From contig JBNRSN020000089.1 in the NCBI GenBank assembly GCA_051313645.2, positions 2,232,001-2,296,000 on the forward strand: a stretch of 64,000 nt of DNA, written 5' to 3'. Under the pieces are notes generated by a model. The model had not been told where the DNA came from. It saw only the letters and a list, made by a program, of their open reading frames with translations, and did no database searches. Origin of the DNA: Centroscyllium fabricii. Taxonomy: Eukaryota. Shown in pieces: positions 59,226 through 64,000 of the stretch (positions are counted from its first letter, which is position 1; every line of letters starts with the position of its first letter). The translations under genes and the position numbers were made by a program.

Positions 59226-61604
59226 GATTGGACTAGCCAAATTAGTAAAAATAATGAGGAAGAGGAATTCCTTGAGTGTCTAAGGGATGGTTATCTGGAT
59301 CAATATGTCGAGGAAGCAACTCGGGATCAGGCTATCTTGGACTGGGTACTGTGCAATGAGAAGGGACTAATTAGTAATCTTGTTGTACGGGGACCCTTAG
59401 GTCAGAGCGATCATAACATGATCGAATTCTCACTCGCAATGGAGAGCGAAGAAACTGACTCAGAGACTAAGGTCCTGAATTTAAATAAGGGGAATTATGA
59501 TGCCATGAGACGGGAATTAAGTAAGTCTGATTGGGCAGCGTTTCTGGGGGGACTGGCGGTGGATAAACAATGGCAAGCATTTAAAGACAGAATGGCAGAA
59601 TTGCAGAAATTGTTTATACCAATCTGGCATAAAAAGAAATCTAAAAAGGTGACTCAACCGTGGATAACAGGGGAAATTAGGGACAGCATAAAATCCAAAG
59701 AAAGAGCATATAAAATAGCCAAAAAAAGCACCAGACCTGAAGATTGGGAACAGTTTAGGATACAACAAAGGAGGGCAAAGGGATTAATCAGGAGGGGAAA
59801 AATAGCGTATGAAAGTAAGCTGGCGGCAAACATAAAAACTAACTCCAAAAGCTTTTACAAGTATATTAAGAGGAAAAGACTGGTGAAATCCAAAGTCGGT
59901 CCATTACGGTCAGATTCTGGGGAATATATAATGGGAAATAAGGAAATGGCAGACCAATTAAATGCATATTTTGGGTCTGTCTTCACAAAGGAAGACATAA
60001 AAAACCTCCCTGAGATATCGGGAACCATAGGGACAATTGCAAGGGAGGAACTGACAAAAATCAATATCTCTAAGGATATGGTGTTGGGGAAGCTAAAGGG
60101 ACTAAAGGCTGACAAATCCCCAGGGCCTGATAACATGCATCCTAGGGTACTCAAGGAGGTGGCCCTAGAGATAGCAGAGGCGTTAAGGATAATTTTCCAG
60201 AATTCGATAGACTCGGGAACAGTGCCCATGGATTGGAGGGTAGCTAACGTTACCCCACTGTTTAAAAAGGGGGGTAGGGAGAAAGCGGGTAATTACAGAC
60301 CTGTAAGCCTTACATCGGTGGTGGGCAAAATGTTGGAGTCCATCATTAAGGATGTAATAGCAGAGCACTTGGCAAATGGGGATAGGATAGGACAGAGTCA
60401 ACATGGATTTACAAAAGGTAAATCGTGCTTGACGAATCTGTTGGAATTCTTTGAGGAAGTAACTGGTAAAATAGATGGGGGAGAGCCAGTAGATGTGGTG
60501 TACCTGGACTTCCAAAAAGCCTTCGATAAGGTCCCACATAAAAGATTAGCATGTAAAATCAAGGCGCATGGGATAAGGGGAAAAGTATTGACGTGGATAG
60601 AGAACTGGCTGGCAGATAGAAAACAGAGAGTTGGAATAAACGGCTCATTTTCTGAATGGCAGGCAGTAACAAGTGGGGTACCTCAGGGATCTGTTCTGGG
60701 TCCCCAGCTGTTCACAATTTATATTAATGACCTAGATCAGGGAATCGGATGCAGCATCTCCAAATTCGCAGACGACACTAAACTAGGAGGTGGGGTAGGC
60801 TCAGAGGAGGGGATCAGGAAGCTCCAGAGCGATTTGGACAAATTGGGGGACTGGGCAGATACATGGCAAATGCACTATAATGTGGATAAGTGTGAAGTTA
60901 TCCACCTTGGGGGCAAAAACGGGAGGGCAAATTATTATTTAAATGGCAATAGATTGGGAGATGGGGAAGTACAGCGAGACCTGGGTGTTCTTGTGCACCA
61001 GTCATTGAAGGCGAGCATGCAGGTGCAACAGGCGGTCAGGAAGGCAAATGGTATGCTGGCCTTCATATCAAAAGGGTTAGAATACAGGAACAAGGACACC
61101 TTACTACAGCTGTACAGGGCACTGGTGAGACCACACCTCGAGTACTGTGTGCAGTTTTGGTCGCCTCATCTGAGGAAGGATGTTCTTGCCATGGAAGGAG
61201 TGCAGCGGCGATTCACCAGGCTGATACCAGGAATGGCAGGAATGACCTATGAGGAGAGACTATGTAGTTTGGGGATGTACACACTGGAGTTTAGAAGATT
61301 GAGAGGGGATCTCATAGAAACATATAAAATTCTGACAGGCCTGGACAGACTAGATGCAGAAGGAATGTTTCCGATGGCAGGAGAGTATAGAACTAGGGGA
61401 CACAGTTTAAGGATAAGGGCTAAACCATTTAGGACAGAGATGAGGAGGAATTTCTTCACCCAGAGAGTGGTGAACCTGTGGAACTCACTGCCACAGAGGG
61501 CAGTGGACGCCAGATCATTAAACATATTTAAGAGGGAATTAGATATATTTCTGCAGGCAAAAGGGGTTAAAGGTTACGGAGAGAAGGCAGGGACGGGATA
61601 CTGA
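59226..61604 (+). CDS. Uninterrupted C-terminal 792 codons of CR1 ORF2 (end of APE domain, complete RT, C-terminal domain)
   Basis: No stop or frameshift. Motifs ILDWVL, SDH, KSPGPD, NYRPVSLTS, YLDFQKAFDKV, GVPQGSVLGP, FADD (60765-60776), RPHLEYC, WNSLP. The N-terminal endonuclease catalytic motifs are absent; expression is unknown. Confidence 0.7.
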   Translation, partial: DWTSQISKNNEEEEFLECLRDGYLDQYVEEATRDQAILDWVLCNEKGLISNLVVRGPLGQSDHNMIEFSLAMESEETDSETKVLNLNKGNYDAMRRELSKSDWAAFLGGLAVDKQWQAFKDRMAELQKLFIPIWHKKKSKKVTQPWITGEIRDSIKSKERAYKIAKKSTRPEDWEQFRIQQRRAKGLIRRGKIAYESKLAANIKTNSKSFYKYIKRKRLVKSKVGPLRSDSGEYIMGNKEMADQLNAYFGSVFTKEDIKNLPEISGTIGTIAREELTKINISKDMVLGKLKGLKADKSPGPDNMHPRVLKEVALEIAEALRIIFQNSIDSGTVPMDWRVANVTPLFKKGGREKAGNYRPVSLTSVVGKMLESIIKDVIAEHLANGDRIGQSQHGFTKGKSCLTNLLEFFEEVTGKIDGGEPVDVVYLDFQKAFDKVPHKRLACKIKAHGIRGKVLTWIENWLADRKQRVGINGSFSEWQAVTSGVPQGSVLGPQLFTIYINDLDQGIGCSISKFADDTKLGGGVGSEEGIRKLQSDLDKLGDWADTWQMHYNVDKCEVIHLGGKNGRANYYLNGNRLGDGEVQRDLGVLVHQSLKASMQVQQAVRKANGMLAFISKGLEYRNKDTLLQLYRALVRPHLEYCVQFWSPHLRKDVLAMEGVQRRFTRLIPGMAGMTYEERLCSLGMYTLEFRRLRGDLIETYKILTGLDRLDAEGMFPMAGEYRTRGHSLRIRAKPFRTEMRRNFFTQRVVNLWNSLPQRAVDARSLNIFKRELDIFLQAKGVKGYGEKAGTGY

Positions 61605-61696
61605 ACTGAAGGATCAGCCATGATCTCATTGAATGGCGGAGCAGGCTCGAAGGGCCGAATGGCCTACTCCTGCTCCTATCATCTATGTATCTATGT
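61605..61696 (+). other. CR1 family B 3' UTR with stem-loops and 8-bp terminal repeat
   Basis: GATCA-GCCA-TGATC (61612-61625); perfect 8-bp stem GGAGCAGG (61638-61645)/CCTGCTCC (61669-61676) enclosing GGCC-GAAT-GGCC (61653-61664); ATCTATGT x2 (61681-61696). Confidence 0.85.
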
Positions 61697-64000
61697 AATA
61701 TATCAGACAATGTCCCTCTGTGTACAATAAATCAGACAATGTCCATCTGTGTACAATACATCCGACAATATCCATCTGTGAACAATACTTCAGACAACTC
61801 CATCTATGAACAATACATCAGACAATGTCCATCTGTGTACCATACATCCGACAATATCCATCTGTGTACAATATATTAGACAATATCCATCTGTGTACAA
61901 TACATCAGACAATGTCCATCTGTTTACAATATATCAGAAAATATCCATCTGTGAACAATACATCAGACAATATCCATGTTTGTACAATACATCAGACAAT
62001 ATCTTTCTGTGTACAATACACCAGTCAATGTCCATCTGTGAACAATAAATCAGACATTATCCATCTGTGTACAATACATCAGACAATATCCATCTGTGAA
62101 CAATTCATCAGAAAATATCAATCTGTGTACAATACATCAGACAATGTCCATCTGTGTACGATACATCAGACAATGTTCATCTCTGTACAACACATCAGGC
62201 AATGTCCATCTGTGTACAATACATCAGACAATATCCATCTATGAACAATACTTCAGACAATGTCCATCTGTGTACAATACATCAGACAATGTCTATCTGT
62301 GAACAATACTTCAGACAATGTCCATTTGTGTACAATACATCAGACAATGTCCATCTGTGAACAATACATCAGACAATGTCCATCTGTGTACAATACATCA
62401 GACACTGTCCATCTGTGTACGATACATCAGACAATGTTCATCTCTGTACAACACATCAGACAATGTCCATCTGTGTACAATACATCAGACAATATCCATC
62501 TATGAACAATACTTCAGACAATGTCCATCTGTGTACAATACCCCAGACAATGTCGATCTGTGAACAATACATCAGACAATATCCATCTGTGAACAATACT
62601 TCAGACAAAGTCCATCTATGAACAATACATCAGACAATGTCCACCTGTGTGCAATACATCAGACAATATACATCTGTGAACAATACATCAAACAATATCC
62701 TTCTGTTTACACTACATCAGACAATATCCATCTGTGTACAATACATCAGACAATGTCTATCTGTGAACAATACATCAGACAATATCCATCTGTGAACAAC
62801 ACATCAGACAATGTCCATCTGTGTACAATATATCAGACAATGTCCAGCTGTGTACAATACATCAGACAATGTCCCTCTGTGTACAATAAATCAGACAATG
62901 TCCGTCTGTGTACAATACATCCGACAATATCCATCTGTGAACAATACTTCAGACAAAGTCCATCTATGAACAATACATCAGACAATGTCCATCTGTGTAC
63001 CATACATCAGACAATATCCATCTGTGTACAATACATCAGACAATATCCATTTGTGTACAATACATCAGACAATGTCCAACTGTTTACAATTCATCAGAAA
63101 ATATCCATCTGTGAACAATACATCAGATAATATCCATCTTTGTACAATACATCAGACAATATCCTTCTGTGTACAATACATCAGACAGTGTCCATCTTGT
63201 GTACAATACATCAGACAATGTCCATCTGTGTACAATACATCAGACAATGTCTATCTGTGAACAACACATCAGACAATATCCATCTGTGAACAATACATCA
63301 GACAATGTCCATCTGTGTACAATACATCAGACAATGTCCAGCTGTATACAATACATCAGACAATGTCCCTCTGTGTACAATAAATCAGACAATGTCCATC
63401 TGTGTACAATACATCCGACAATATCCATCTGTGAACAATACTTCAGACAAAGTCCATCTATGAACAATACATCAGACAATGTCCATCTGTGTACCATACA
63501 TCATACAATATCCATCTGTGTACAATACATCAGACTATATCGATCTGTGTACAATACATCAGACAATGTCCATCTGTTTACAATTCATCAGAAAATATCC
63601 ATCTGTGAACAATACATCAGACAATATCCATCTTTGTACAATACATCAGACAATATCCTTCTGTGTACAATACATCAGTCAATGTCCATCTGTGAATAAT
63701 AAATCAGACATTATCCATCTATGAACAATACATCAGACAATGTCCATCTGTGAACAATACATCGGACAATGTCCCTCTGTGTACAATACATCAGACAGTG
63801 TCCATCTTGTGTACAATACATCAGGCAATGTCCATCTGTGTACAATACATCAGACAATGTCTATCTGTGAACAATACATCAGACAATGTCCATCTGTGTA
63901 CAATACATCAGACAATGTCCATCTGTGTACAATACATCAGACAATGTCCATCTTGTGTACAATACATCAGACAATGTCCATCTGTGTACAACACATCAGA
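61697..64000. repeat. 29-bp satellite array, segment 5 (extends beyond the right edge; includes a 494-bp/17-monomer duplication)
   Basis: Same monomer; offset 494 (62856/63350, 62985/63479). Confidence 0.99.

Larger units (their letters stand above)
59226..61696 (+). mobile_element. CR1-clade LINE, family B, 5'-truncated within the endonuclease (~2471 bp), flanked by direct repeat AATATA (59220-59225 / 61697-61702)
   Basis: Nucleotide sequence clearly different from family A but with a homologous protein; structured 3' UTR; tail (ATCTATGT)2. The 5' boundary is uncertain by a few bp because of possible microhomology. Confidence 0.96.

Noticed and set aside
13702-61604. Retron, DGR, group II intron, telomerase or LTR-element RT
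   Set aside because: An N-terminal APE domain, CR1-type RT motifs, microsatellite 3' tails and 5' truncation identify non-LTR CR1 elements; I see no LTRs, integrase or RNase H.
38-63724. Hundreds of Cys/His-rich ORFs resembling zinc-finger or metal-binding repeat proteins
   Set aside because: The DNA period is 29 nt, so the same peptide appears in all three frames. There is no C-x2-C spacing or TGEKP linker, and 27/28/30-bp monomers shift the frame freely.
1-64000. Telomeric array maintained by retrotransposons
   Set aside because: No TTAGGG tracts or chromosome end are visible, and the LINEs are internal insertions with continuous flanks, not head-to-tail terminal additions.

Overview
This is eukaryotic repetitive DNA with no supportable host gene. 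About 52.6 kb is one uninverted tandem array of a 29-bp satellite (consensus ACAATACATCAGACAATGTCCATCTGTGT, ~38% GC, no CpG). Four 5'-truncated CR1-clade LINEs interrupt it, all on the + strand. Three of them (12681-15641, 19827-22786, 38296-41256; family A) share the same 5' and 3' junctions, flanking satellite variants and inactivating lesions, so they are one insertion later multiplied by duplication of array segments. The fourth (59226-61696; family B) is an independent, apparently young insertion with an uninterrupted RT-containing frame that is in frame with satellite-derived ATGs. Both independent insertions lie at an AC^AAT step of the monomer and both 3' tails end in TATGT. The satellite is a patchwork of nested multi-monomer duplications (about 0.4-7.1 kb). 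The LINE 3' UTRs resemble elasmobranch (shark/ray) CR1 elements; this is from recall, not a search. The hundreds of short Cys/His-rich ORFs are translation artefacts of the 29-mer.
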